From the NCBI GenBank assembly GCA_910587485.1, contig CAJUKN010000014.1, forward strand, positions 27,432 to 91,431: a stretch of DNA of 64,000 bases, written 5' to 3'. The translations under genes were made by a program, and so were the position numbers. This DNA is from an uncultured Lachnospira sp. (GTDB lineage Bacteria; Bacillota; Clostridia; Lachnospirales; Lachnospiraceae). Shown here piece after piece: positions 18,425 through 28,105 of this stretch. Each line of letters begins with the position of its first letter. Within the stretch, counting starts at the first letter, position 1. Under the pieces are notes generated by a model. The model did not search any database and was not told where the DNA came from. It saw only the letters and a program-made list of their open reading frames with translations.

Positions 18425-19072
18425 ATGTATAACTATTTATTATTTGATTTAGATGGGACATTGACGGATTCAGGAGCGGGTATTATTAACTCTGTTTTAT
18501 ATGCACTGAAAAAATTTGATATTGAAGTAAAAGACCAAGCACAATTATATGCGTTTATTGGACCGCCATTAGTGGAGTCCTTTCAAACATTTTATCATTT
18601 TTCACCAGAGCAAGCGTTTCAGGCTGTTTGCTATTACAGAGAATATTTTAGTGAAAAAGGAATTTTTGAAAATAAAGTTATTTCAGGAATAGAGGCATTA
18701 CTAGATGAGTTGAATCGTTCTGGAAAAAAATTAGTTGTTGCCACATCAAAACCAGAGGAATATACAATAAAGATATTAAAACATTTTAATTTAATTTCTT
18801 ATTTCCAATTTGTGGCAGGAGCTACGATGGACGAAACCAGAAATTCCAAGACAGCAGTGATAGCTTATGCTCTGGAACATATAGGTGTTGTCTCAAAAAG
18901 TGAAGTGGTAATGATTGGTGATAGAAAACATGATATAGAAGGTGCTAAGAATAATCATATTGATTCCATTGGTGTCCTGTTTGGGTATGGTGACAGAAAA
19001 GAGTTAGAGCAAGCAGGTGCGGATTATATTGCAGAAAATGTAGAAGAATTAAAGCATCTTTTAAAAAATTAA
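18425..19072 (+). CDS. HAD-family hydrolase (phosphatase/nucleotidase)
   Basis: FDLDGTLTDS, VATSKP, MIGDRKHD. Confidence 0.92.
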   Translation: MYNYLLFDLDGTLTDSGAGIINSVLYALKKFDIEVKDQAQLYAFIGPPLVESFQTFYHFSPEQAFQAVCYYREYFSEKGIFENKVISGIEALLDELNRSGKKLVVATSKPEEYTIKILKHFNLISYFQFVAGATMDETRNSKTAVIAYALEHIGVVSKSEVVMIGDRKHDIEGAKNNHIDSIGVLFGYGDRKELEQAGADYIAENVEELKHLLKN

Positions 19073-19112
19073 TTACATATACTATATTATATAAGAACAG
19101 TTACTTAAATTT

Positions 19113-19142
19113 TGAATAATTCTTCATTTCTTACAGATACTA
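19113..19142 (+). promoter_or_regulatory. Putative forespore sigma (sigG-type) promoter of spoVT
   Basis: GAATA-N17-GATACTA upstream of spoVT. Confidence 0.45.
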
Positions 19143-19231
19143 ACAACATGAAGTACAAATTGTGAAGCTATGTATATCAATACATTATAAAACATACTTC
19201 ACAACAACATGAAAATGGAGGAATTATATTA

Positions 19232-19780
19232 ATGAAAGCAACTGGTATAATTAGAAAGATTGACGAATTAGGACGTATTGTAATTCCTAAGGAAATTAGA
19301 AGAACCTTGCATATACGTGAAACAGATTCAATGGAAATATTTACAGATGATGATGGTGCAATTATATTAAAAAAATATTCATCAATGGGAGATAGTATTA
19401 AGTTTGCAAAGGATTATGCAGAATCAATGGCTAGAATGAGTGGGCATAGTGTATGTATAACAGATAAAGAGCAAATTATTGCAGCAGCTGGTGCAGAAAA
19501 AAAAGAATTGATGGAACAAAAGCTGTCCCAAGAGTTAGAAGATGCAATACATGAAAGAAAAAAAGTATGTGCAGCTAAGAATGATAAAGAATATGTCAAT
19601 GTTACAGATAATTCTAGTCATTCATTCCATGCTGAGATTATCAGTCCTATTATATCAGCAGGCGATGTGCTTGGTGCTGTTATAATGTTGTCAAACAATG
19701 AAAAGACACAGCTTTCAGGTACTGAACAAAAACTTACAGAAACGGCTGCTGATTTTATTGGAAGACATATGGAAGAGTAA
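19232..19780 (+). CDS. spoVT: Stage V sporulation protein T
   Basis: MKATGIIRKIDELGRIVIPKEIRR AbrB domain plus GAF domain. Confidence 0.95.
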   Translation: MKATGIIRKIDELGRIVIPKEIRRTLHIRETDSMEIFTDDDGAIILKKYSSMGDSIKFAKDYAESMARMSGHSVCITDKEQIIAAAGAEKKELMEQKLSQELEDAIHERKKVCAAKNDKEYVNVTDNSSHSFHAEIISPIISAGDVLGAVIMLSNNEKTQLSGTEQKLTETAADFIGRHMEE

Positions 19781-19990
19781 TAATAAAAAATAGGGGTTGT
19801 CACACAAATATTGAGATATTTTGAGATAATCTTATAAATTGTATTAGTTGCCATAATTTCGCACTATAATATAGCTGCGTGATTATGGCAATTTTGTAGT
19901 TTATAAGGAGTATTATTGAAACAAACAAATCAAACTTCTTTGATGAGGTTAAATGATAGAAAAGGGTAAAGAATATTTTGGAGTAATAAT

Positions 19991-20521
19991 ATGAAAAATG
20001 AACAATATATAAAAAATGAATATAACTGGCAGGATTTGCAGAATATTGTACATATACTAAGGCAGCCAGATGGTTGTTCATGGGATAGTGTTCAAACATA
20101 TGAAAGTTTGAAAGATTGTGTTATCAATGAGACCAATGAAGTGATAGAGGCTGTCAATAATAAAGATTTTCTTAATTTAAAAGAAGAATTAGGCGATTTA
20201 CTGCTACAAGTGGTGATGTATTCAGAAATTGCAAAGGAACGTGATGAATTTACACTTGAGGATGTTATTAATTGTGTTGCAAGTAAGATGGTAAAAAGGC
20301 ATCCCAATGTTTTTAATGATGGTTTGAACGATGATGCTGAGGAATATAATGCCATGAATATCAGTCATTGGAATCAAATTAAATTAAAAGAAAAGAAAGA
20401 GCGATTAAAAGAATACGAAAAATTATATCATCAAGGAAAAATTAGTATAGCCTTATTAGAACTACAACGAAAAAAGTTTGATGACTATCAGTTTAAATTG
20501 GGCATTATTACCAAAAAATAG
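19991..20521 (+). CDS. MazG nucleotide pyrophosphohydrolase-domain protein (short YabN-like)
   Basis: LRQPDGCSWD, EELGDLLLQV, KMVKRHPNVF; syntenic with yabN. Confidence 0.88.
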   Translation: MKNEQYIKNEYNWQDLQNIVHILRQPDGCSWDSVQTYESLKDCVINETNEVIEAVNNKDFLNLKEELGDLLLQVVMYSEIAKERDEFTLEDVINCVASKMVKRHPNVFNDGLNDDAEEYNAMNISHWNQIKLKEKKERLKEYEKLYHQGKISIALLELQRKKFDDYQFKLGIITKK

Positions 20522-20582
20522 CTTATTATATAGTGCAAATCCTCTTAAATGTAGCGAAACTGCTTAAAAATGCAAGGTTGTA

Positions 20583-20611
20583 TTGACAAATTGTGAAAAA
20601 GAGGTTATAAA
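20583..20611 (+). promoter_or_regulatory. sigA promoter of hup
   Basis: TTGACA-17 nt-TATAAA. Confidence 0.7.
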
Positions 20612-20663
20612 TGACTTTGTTGGCAGGTGTCAGCAAAAAATACCTATTGAGGAGAAGTTTACG

Positions 20664-20942
20664 ATGAATAAGACTGAATTAGTAGCAGCTATTGCGGAAA
20701 AGACAGAACTGACAAAGAAGGATAGTGAAAAGGCTCTTAAGGCATTTATAGATGTTGTTAGTGAGCAGTTGAAAAAAGGTGAAAAAATCCAATTAGTTGG
20801 TTTTGGTACATTTGAAGTGACAAACAGAGCTGCAAGAACAGGAAAGAATCCACAAACAGGTAAGACAATTAAGATTGCTGCTTGTAAGGCTCCAAAGTTT
20901 AAGGCTGGTAAGGCTTTAAAAGATACTGTTAATGAGAAGTAA
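20664..20942 (+). CDS. hup: DNA-binding protein HU
   Basis: [13 protein letters not shown]...GFGTFEV...NPQTG...[11 protein letters not shown]. Confidence 0.97.
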   Translation: MNKTELVAAIAEKTELTKKDSEKALKAFIDVVSEQLKKGEKIQLVGFGTFEVTNRAARTGKNPQTGKTIKIAACKAPKFKAGKALKDTVNEK

Positions 20943-20976
20943 TTACTTGTTATAACAAAATTAATTACGGGGACTT

Positions 20977-21007
20977 AAGGTACAAGACAATAGTCTTGTA
21001 CCTTTTT
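20977..21007 (+). terminator. Intrinsic terminator after hup
   Basis: AAGGTACAAGAC-aata-GTCTTGTACCTT then T tract. Confidence 0.85.
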
Positions 21008-21040
21008 ACGCCTTGTGGGAAGGTTCGTGTGAAAAATAAA

Positions 21041-21084
21041 TTAAAGGTTCTTGCGCAAAAAGCAGCGCAGAAATGAGGATTTTT
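21041..21084 (+). repeat. Family A repeat, 3' half only (copy 4)
   Basis: TTAAAGGTTCTTGCGCAAAAAGCAGCGCAGAAATGAGG, closely matches 4379-4415. Confidence 0.8.
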
Positions 21085-21324
21085 ATGAGACTTGATAAAT
21101 ATTTAAAGGTATCGCGCTTGATTAAGAGACGCACCGTTGCAAATGAAGCATGTGATGCTGGCAGGGTGACGGTTAATGATAGGGTTGCTAAAGCGTCGCT
21201 TGATGTAAAGGTAGGCGATGTTATACAGATTGCATTTGGAAATAAAAATGTCAAAGTGAAAGTGACAAATGTTAAAGAGGTTGTCCGCAAAGAAGAAGCA
21301 GCAGAAATGTTTGAATATATATAG
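21085..21324 (+). CDS. yabO: S4-domain RNA-binding protein YabO/RqcP
   Basis: MRLDKYLKVSRLIKRRTVANEACDAGRV. Confidence 0.95.
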   Translation: MRLDKYLKVSRLIKRRTVANEACDAGRVTVNDRVAKASLDVKVGDVIQIAFGNKNVKVKVTNVKEVVRKEEAAEMFEYI

Positions 21325-21341
21325 GATTTCGGACATACATT
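21313..21341 (+). promoter_or_regulatory. Putative sigE promoter of yabPQ
   Basis: GAATAT-N15-CATACATT; yabPQ is sigE-controlled in B. subtilis. Confidence 0.45.
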
Positions 21342-21378
21342 GTAAAGCAGGCAATGTATGAAACGGAGGTCTTATTTT

Positions 21379-21660
21379 ATGGAGGGTAATATAAAACATG
21401 CACATAGAGTTAGCATGTCAAACAGAAGTAAACTGGAAATGACGGGAATCAGCGATGTTATATCCTTTGATTTAACAAAAGTGTTGTTAGAAAGTGATTA
21501 TGGAGTGATAACGATTAAAGGGCAAAACCTTCATGTGAACCGTCTTTCAGTTGAAAAAGGTGAGTTGGATATTGATGGAACGATTCAGGCTATAGAATAT
21601 TCCGATAAGGATAATTTTTCTAAGAAAGGAGAATCGTGGTTTGGAAAGCTGCTTAAGTGA
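21379..21660 (+). CDS. yabP: Sporulation protein YabP
   Basis: TGISDVISFD, IKGQNLHVNRLSVEKG; synteny. Confidence 0.92.
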   Translation: MEGNIKHAHRVSMSNRSKLEMTGISDVISFDLTKVLLESDYGVITIKGQNLHVNRLSVEKGELDIDGTIQAIEYSDKDNFSKKGESWFGKLLK

Positions 21661-22120
21661 TTTGTTACAATGGGAGCTTTCAACAGTGCTATCCAGTGTA
21701 TTTCTTGGTATGGTGGCTGCGTTTATATACGATTGTATACGAGTTGTCCGAAGAATTATAAGACATAAAAAGGTTTGGACTATTGCAGTAGAAGATATTA
21801 TATATTGGGTGTGTATGAGTTTTTTGGCTTTTAGTGCTACATATAATTTAAGTAATGGTGCGGTAAGAGGCTTTATGGTGGTGACTGCAATACTTGGAGC
21901 ATTATTGTACAAGGCAGTTCTGGGGAAATATTATGTAAAATATATGACAAAATTAATTAATTTTTTACTAAAACCATTGAAAAAAATATATGGTTTGATT
22001 AGTATTAAGTTAGGTCATTTAAAAGAATTGCGCAAAAAACGCAGACCAAAACCATCCAAGAAGAAGGGAGGAATTAAATCATGGTACTTGAATCGAAGTA
22101 TGAAAGACAGCAAAGATTAA
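21641..22120 (+). CDS. yabQ: Spore cortex protein YabQ (start uncertain)
   Basis: YDCIRVVRRII, EDIIYW, NGAVRGF. Confidence 0.88.
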   Translation: MESCLSDLLQWELSTVLSSVFLGMVAAFIYDCIRVVRRIIRHKKVWTIAVEDIIYWVCMSFLAFSATYNLSNGAVRGFMVVTAILGALLYKAVLGKYYVKYMTKLINFLLKPLKKIYGLISIKLGHLKELRKKRRPKPSKKKGGIKSWYLNRSMKDSKD

Positions 22121-22407
22121 AAAGACAACGCTATTCAGGTATCTTAGGATTTGTCTTAGCATGTGTACTGATAGTGATAATTGGCGTGACTTTATGGGTA
22201 AGCAAGCAATCTCTTATTGAAAAAAATGAAGAGTATGAGGCACAAAAGATTATTCTTGAGAATCAGATTAATGAACAAAAACAAAGAAGTGAGGATATAG
22301 AGGAATATAAAAAATATGTTCAAACAAAAAAGTTTGCAGAGGATATAGCTAAAAATAAGTTTGGATTAATTTATCCTGATGAAATTGTTATTAAACCAGA
22401 TTCATAA
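22081..22407 (+). CDS. divIC: Septum formation initiator DivIC/FtsB family
   Basis: TM, coiled coil, EDIAKNKFGLIYPDEI; synteny. Confidence 0.85.
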   Translation: MVLESKYERQQRLKRQRYSGILGFVLACVLIVIIGVTLWVSKQSLIEKNEEYEAQKIILENQINEQKQRSEDIEEYKKYVQTKKFAEDIAKNKFGLIYPDEIVIKPDS

Positions 22408-22414
22408 GAAGTAG

Positions 22415-22457
22415 AAAAAGGGTTATTGCAAAAAAGAAATGTTGCAATAGCCTTTTT
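22415..22457 (+). terminator. Intrinsic terminator (GCTATTGC-type hairpin)
   Basis: AAAAAGGGTTATTGCAA...TTGCAATAGCCTTTTT. Confidence 0.7.
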
Positions 22458-22579
22458 AATTTGCTTATAAATAAATTTCTCTTTTTATGAATAAACCCTT
22501 TATTCCCATGAATATAATTATTAATAGTATACAATTATGTTCACAAGCTTTGAGTATGGATATAGATAAGGAGGATATT

Positions 22580-23731
22580 ATGGCAGAAAGTTTGCAGGAT
22601 TATATAACAACCTATTCATTTAATCGATTGGAAGAAACCGCACGTACATTTAGGCGATTAGGTGAAGCCTATGAGGATGCTTATGTAGATACATTGGACA
22701 CCGTAAATGGTGGTGATACTGTAATGACAGGAATATCAAAACAGTTGCTTTTGGTGGCAGATGTTTTGGAAGAGTGTGTCACAATGAACCTATATTCTAA
22801 AGATATGGACAAAGGTGTTGAAAAAGAACTATTTAGAAAATGTTTTCTTGCAGGAGTACGGATTAAAAATATTACAATGATTGAGGGAAAGTCAGGAATG
22901 ACAGAGCTTGCATTTCAAGCAAGGACAGTTGGACGAAGTTGTATATCAGCAAAAAAACTTTTTCCAATATTGTTTGATGTCTTAGGAGCCGATTATTATG
23001 TGCCAGGTTCTTGCAGAACAATAATCAATGAGGAATTTCATCAGTATATTTTTATTCAGGAAAGTCGATTCAAAATGTTATCAGGTGTTGCCAGAAGAGG
23101 TAAAGGGACAAGTCGATATAATGGTGATAACTTTTTGATTTCGCGCCTTGATTGTGGAAAAACGGTAGCGGCTATAGCTGATGGTATGGGAAGCGGCAAA
23201 AGAGCGTTTGCTGAGAGCCGTATGGTAATAGAACTTATGGAAAATTGTATTGATGCAGGTTTTCAGGAGCAGGCGGCATTAGAATTAATCAATACAGCAT
23301 ACATAGCAGGCGGAGGAAAAGGCGTTCACCCAGTTACAATGGATATGAGTGTTATTGACTGTAAAACGGGATTATTATCTTGTATTAAACTGGGGGCAGC
23401 AGCAACCTTTATAAAAAGAGAGTCAGAAGTTGAAGTGATTGAATCAACAACACTTCCATTGGGTGTGCTTGAAAAAATTGATTATACAACCTTTACAAGA
23501 AAATTGTTTAGTGGTGATTATGTTATTATGATAAGTGATGGACTGCTCGATAATATTTCAGGTGTGTATAAAGAAGAAAAAATGGCAGATATTATAAAAA
23601 ATATATCGGTTAGAAAACCAGATGCAATGGCAGAAGAGATTATGAGAAAATCATTAAAGTGCAATGGAGGAAAGCCATCCGATGATATGACTGTTTTAGT
23701 GTTAGGATTGTTTGACACATATGACAAATAA
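22580..23731 (+). CDS. spoIIE: SpoIIE-like PP2C phosphatase lacking N-terminal membrane domain
   Basis: NGDNF, IADGMGSG, MISDG, DDMTVLV; position between divIC and tilS. Confidence 0.8.
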   Translation: MAESLQDYITTYSFNRLEETARTFRRLGEAYEDAYVDTLDTVNGGDTVMTGISKQLLLVADVLEECVTMNLYSKDMDKGVEKELFRKCFLAGVRIKNITMIEGKSGMTELAFQARTVGRSCISAKKLFPILFDVLGADYYVPGSCRTIINEEFHQYIFIQESRFKMLSGVARRGKGTSRYNGDNFLISRLDCGKTVAAIADGMGSGKRAFAESRMVIELMENCIDAGFQEQAALELINTAYIAGGGKGVHPVTMDMSVIDCKTGLLSCIKLGAAATFIKRESEVEVIESTTLPLGVLEKIDYTTFTRKLFSGDYVIMISDGLLDNISGVYKEEKMADIIKNISVRKPDAMAEEIMRKSLKCNGGKPSDDMTVLVLGLFDTYDK

Positions 23732-23746
23732 TACTATAATCATTGT

Positions 23747-25231
23747 ATGATTGAAAAAATATACCAATATATAAAAGAAAATAATATGTTAAATGATTGC
23801 AGGCATATTATCGTGGGCTTGTCTGGTGGTGCGGATTCTGTATGTCTATTAGTACTGTTACACAATATTATTGTACAATATCAGATGAATATAAATATTA
23901 TCGCCGTTCATGTAAACCATGAAATCAGGGGGGATGAAGCCTTAAGAGACCAGTGTTTTGCGCAAAAGTTGTCAAATGATTTAGGAATTGTTTGTTATGT
24001 ATTAAATAAAGATGTCAAAGCGATTGCAAAAATGCGAGGGATAAGTCTTGAGACAGCAGGAAGACAAGTACGATATGAGTGTTTTGCACAGATAAAAAAA
24101 GAATTAGGATTTTCAGATAAGACAACAAAAATTGCAGTTGCACATCATATTGATGATTTGGTCGAAACATCACTTATGCATCTTATCAGAGGAAGTGGGA
24201 TACAAGGTTTTTCGGGGCTTTTGCCTATAAATGGAGATATTATAAGACCCCTTTTATGTGTAAGCAAAAAAGACATCATCGAATTTTTGAAAAGGAGAGG
24301 TATTGGATATGTTGTAGACAGCACCAATCTTCAAAGTGATTATCAAAGAAATCAATTGAGAAATCAGCTTATTCCAATGATTGAAAAAAAATATAATCCT
24401 GAGTTTTCAAAAGCAGTATATCATATGGCAACTGATTTATCAGAAATAAACGATTATATAGATGGACAAGTTGTCAAGTTTGAGCAGATTTGTGTGCGCT
24501 ATGATAGTACAAATCAGGAGCCTTTGGCATATTTGTTGTTAGATGAATTTCAAAAGGTGGATAGGGCATTACAGACCTATCTGCTTCGTGCTGTTTTAAA
24601 AAAGGTAGCACAAACACCTGTGGATATTTATCGAAAACATATTGAGCTTTTAAAGCAGCTATGCCAAAAACAGGTTAGCAAGAAGATAAATTTATCGAAT
24701 GGAATCATAGCAATTCGAGGATATGATAATATCATACTACAAAAGGTTGTCGGTCAAGATATACATTTAGATAAACAAGAGGTATGGAATCCATTAAGTA
24801 TTGATTTATCTAGTATGAAAATAGGGGAAGAACAATGTGTTCAATTGGGTATTAATGTATGTGATATCAATGGAATATGGCATAAAGCAGAAAAAATATG
24901 TCTACAATTAGTAGATAAGAAAGAAATTAAAAATATTTATTCCAATAATGTCTATACTAAATTTTTTGATTGTGATAAGATAAGTAGAAAAATTGATATA
25001 AGATTTAAGGAACAGGGGGATTTTATTCGGATTCATGCTAATGGAAGCAAAAAGAAATTAAAGAAAGAATGGATTGACCTTAAAGTTCCAGCGAATGTTA
25101 GAAATCATATTTTGCTGCTTGCATGTGAGAATGAAATATTGTGGGCTGTGGGCGTTAGAAGATGTCAGACAGCATTGATTGATGAGAATACAAAAAATGT
25201 ATTGAAAATATGTGTAGTGATTGGAGACTAA
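23747..25231 (+). CDS. tilS: tRNA(Ile)-lysidine synthetase
   Basis: SGGADSVCL, AHHIDD, IRPLL, RNQLR. Confidence 0.95.
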   Translation: MIEKIYQYIKENNMLNDCRHIIVGLSGGADSVCLLVLLHNIIVQYQMNINIIAVHVNHEIRGDEALRDQCFAQKLSNDLGIVCYVLNKDVKAIAKMRGISLETAGRQVRYECFAQIKKELGFSDKTTKIAVAHHIDDLVETSLMHLIRGSGIQGFSGLLPINGDIIRPLLCVSKKDIIEFLKRRGIGYVVDSTNLQSDYQRNQLRNQLIPMIEKKYNPEFSKAVYHMATDLSEINDYIDGQVVKFEQICVRYDSTNQEPLAYLLLDEFQKVDRALQTYLLRAVLKKVAQTPVDIYRKHIELLKQLCQKQVSKKINLSNGIIAIRGYDNIILQKVVGQDIHLDKQEVWNPLSIDLSSMKIGEEQCVQLGINVCDINGIWHKAEKICLQLVDKKEIKNIYSNNVYTKFFDCDKISRKIDIRFKEQGDFIRIHANGSKKKLKKEWIDLKVPANVRNHILLLACENEILWAVGVRRCQTALIDENTKNVLKICVVIGD

Positions 25232-25233
25232 AG

Positions 25234-25761
25234 ATGGATTATCAAAATATAAGTGTACTAATTTCAAAGGAAAAGTTGGATAGTAGAATTGATGAGCTTG
25301 CACAACAGATAAGCCATGATTATCAGGGGGAGACCTTGAAGTTGATTTGTATACTAAAAGGCAGTATCTTTTTTTGCTGTGAGCTTGCCAAAAGAATTAC
25401 AGTACCTGTTATGTTTGATTTTATGCAGGTTTCAAGTTATGGAAAAAGTACAGAGTCCAGTGGTCATATTATAATAAAAAAAGAGTTAGATGAATCCATT
25501 AAAGGAGACCATGTTTTGATTATAGAAGATATTGTTGACTCTGGTAATACGCTGTCAAAGTTAATCCCTATGCTTAAGCAAAGAGAACCTAAAAGTCTGA
25601 AAGTGTGTACGCTTTTAGATAAACCAGAACGAAGGACAGCGCCTGTTGAAGTTGATTACAATGGTTTTTGTATTCCAGATGAATTTGTGGTAGGATTTGG
25701 TTTGGATTATAACCAAAATTATAGAAATCTCCCATATGTGGGTGTGTTACATTTCGATTAG
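25234..25761 (+). CDS. hpt: Hypoxanthine phosphoribosyltransferase
   Basis: VLIIEDIVDSGNTL, FVVGFGLDY, YRNLPYVG. Confidence 0.97.
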   Translation: MDYQNISVLISKEKLDSRIDELAQQISHDYQGETLKLICILKGSIFFCCELAKRITVPVMFDFMQVSSYGKSTESSGHIIIKKELDESIKGDHVLIIEDIVDSGNTLSKLIPMLKQREPKSLKVCTLLDKPERRTAPVEVDYNGFCIPDEFVVGFGLDYNQNYRNLPYVGVLHFD

Positions 25762-25784
25762 AGTGAATGGAGGGTAGAAAAGAG

Positions 25785-27611
25785 ATGAATAACAAAGGCA
25801 GAACTGGTGGATTTGGCGTTTATGTTGGTATTGTTCTTATTATTTTGTTAATTTACATGATAATAAATCGATTTAGTGCTTCAACGGCAGATTACAGTTA
25901 TAGTTCTTTTTTGAAGGATTTAGAAAATGGTAGTATCGCAGAAGTAGGGATTCAGCAAAATGCAGAGGTTCCAACAGGTAAGTTGTATGTTAATTTTGAA
26001 AATAGTAGAAACACAAAGATTACTTATGTTTCTGATATCAACGAAGTGCAAAAACTGCTTAAAGATAAAGGAATCGCATATACATTGACCGATGTAAAGC
26101 GTCAAAATATGTGGATTACAGTGTTAGTACCCACAGTGCTTGTTATTATTGTTATCTTTATTATATTGATGATTACAAACAGACAAGCTGGCGGTGGAGC
26201 AAATTCAAAGATGATGAACTTTGGAAAGAGCCGTGCAAGATTAATGACAACGGACGATAACAAGGTTACATTTAAAAATGTCGCAGGATTAAAGGAAGAA
26301 AAAGAAGAATTAGAGGAAATTGTTGACTTTCTTAAAAGTCCAGCAAAATATATGGAATTGGGGGCTAGAATACCAAAGGGTGTTATTCTTACAGGTCCTC
26401 CGGGTACAGGTAAGACACTTCTTGCAAAGGCAGTTGCAGGTGAGGCAGGCGTTCCATTTTTTAGTATATCAGGTTCTGATTTTGTTGAGATGTTTGTCGG
26501 TGTTGGTGCTTCAAGGGTTCGTGACCTTTTTGAGGATGCAAAGAAAAATGCGCCATGTATTGTTTTTATAGATGAGATTGATGCAGTGGCAAGAAGACGT
26601 GGAACTGGTATGGGTGGTGGACATGATGAAAGAGAACAGACACTCAATCAGATGCTTGTCGAGATGGATGGATTTGCAGTCAATGAAGGCATTATTGTTA
26701 TGGCAGCAACAAACAGGGTAGATATTTTAGACCCTGCCATATTAAGACCGGGGCGATTTGACAGGAAAGTTGTGGTTGGGCGACCAGATGTTGCAGCAAG
26801 ATTGGAGATATTAAATGTTCATGCTGCAAAAAAGCCATTGGCAGATGATGTTGATTTGGATGCGTTATCTAGGACAACAGCAGGATTTACAGGTGCCGAT
26901 TTGGAAAATTTATTAAATGAGGCGGCTATCAATGCAGCTAAAAATAAACGTCCATATATTATCAATAGTGATGTTAATTACGCATTTGTCAAAGTTGGAA
27001 TTGGAACAGAAAAAAGAAGTAAGATTATATCTGAAAAAGAAAAGAAGATTACAGCGTACCATGAGTCTGGACATGCAATACTATTCCATGTTCTTCCAGA
27101 GGTGGGACCAGTACATTCGGTTTCGATTATTCCTACAGGGCTTGGAGCAGCAGGCTATACTATGCCATTGCCTGAAAAAGACGAGTTATTTAATACAAGA
27201 GGCAAAATGCTTCAAGATATTATCGTTAGTTTAGGTGGACGTGTGGCAGAAGAACTGGTGTTTGATGATATCACAACAGGTGCTTCCCAAGATATTAAGC
27301 AGGCAACACAGACTGCCAGAGATATGGTTACAAAATATGGATTTTCATCAAAATTAGGGCTTATTAATTATGATGCAGACGGTGACGAGGTATTTATCGG
27401 CAGAGATTTAGCACATGCAAGACCATATGGTGAAAATATTGCTTCCGAAATTGACAATGAAGTACGCAATATCATTAATGACTGTTATAGCAAAGCGAAA
27501 AAATTAATTATGGAAAATATTGATATTCTTCACAAGTCAGCAAAACTTTTGTTAGAAAAAGAAAAGATAACAAGGGAAGAATTTGAATCCTTGTTTAACC
27601 TTATTAAGTAA
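25785..27611 (+). CDS. ftsH: ATP-dependent zinc metalloprotease FtsH
   Basis: 2 [28 protein letters not shown]. Confidence 0.98.
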   Translation: MNNKGRTGGFGVYVGIVLIILLIYMIINRFSASTADYSYSSFLKDLENGSIAEVGIQQNAEVPTGKLYVNFENSRNTKITYVSDINEVQKLLKDKGIAYTLTDVKRQNMWITVLVPTVLVIIVIFIILMITNRQAGGGANSKMMNFGKSRARLMTTDDNKVTFKNVAGLKEEKEELEEIVDFLKSPAKYMELGARIPKGVILTGPPGTGKTLLAKAVAGEAGVPFFSISGSDFVEMFVGVGASRVRDLFEDAKKNAPCIVFIDEIDAVARRRGTGMGGGHDEREQTLNQMLVEMDGFAVNEGIIVMAATNRVDILDPAILRPGRFDRKVVVGRPDVAARLEILNVHAAKKPLADDVDLDALSRTTAGFTGADLENLLNEAAINAAKNKRPYIINSDVNYAFVKVGIGTEKRSKIISEKEKKITAYHESGHAILFHVLPEVGPVHSVSIIPTGLGAAGYTMPLPEKDELFNTRGKMLQDIIVSLGGRVAEELVFDDITTGASQDIKQATQTARDMVTKYGFSSKLGLINYDADGDEVFIGRDLAHARPYGENIASEIDNEVRNIINDCYSKAKKLIMENIDILHKSAKLLLEKEKITREEFESLFNLIK

Positions 27612-27790
27612 GTCTCTGCTGTAATATCGTAGAGATATAAATGGAGATGGGGACTTGCTTGTTTCAGTGGGGGATATAAGTCCCCACTGAAAAGCTGCGA
27701 TTGCAGCTATAAGGTTATGAGCAAGTAGCGAAGCGGATTGCGAATATCCTTTGACATCGGATGTGGTGTCAGAAGGATAAAGATTGGGCT
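27612..27790 (+). repeat. Family B repeat, most complete structured copy
   Basis: ACTTGCT/AGCAAGT enclosing TTTCAGTGGGG/CCCCACTGAAA and AGCTGC/GCAGCT hairpins; GCGAAGCGGATTGCGAATATCCTTTGAC...GTCAGAAGGAT. Confidence 0.8.
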
Positions 27791-27920
27791 ATTGAAATGT
27801 TTTAAAAGTGAATTGTATTCATAATATAATTTGTTGTTTGTATAATTTGCATAAAAAAATTTATGTTTTTTTGTTAAGTTTATGAACACTTACATTATCT
27901 AACATGATATTATAATTTAC

Positions 27921-28010
27921 GTAAAACCCCCAATACATTATATTTTGCTACACCCCATAAAAGTGAAATACCTTCTAAAGAGGACAGCCACCCCAAGGCT
28001 GTCCTCTTTA
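27921..28010 (+). ncRNA. Candidate small RNA with three C-rich motifs
   Basis: TATAAT at 27911; ACCCCCAA, ACCCCAT, ACCCCAA; closes with 14-bp perfect hairpin 27976-28010. Confidence 0.5.
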
Positions 28011-28105
28011 CGTTGTTGTTTGCAATGCTTTTTTTGGAAAAAATAGTTGAATAATATCACGTTTGAGTATAAAATTATAATACATCGTATAAAGGAGTAT
28101 TTTTT

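Noticed and set aside
26102..26647. Long antisense ORFs (181 aa here; also 17849-18397, 57889-58422)
   Set aside because: Shadow frames of conserved genes (ftsH, mscL, hsdR) without RBS or motifs
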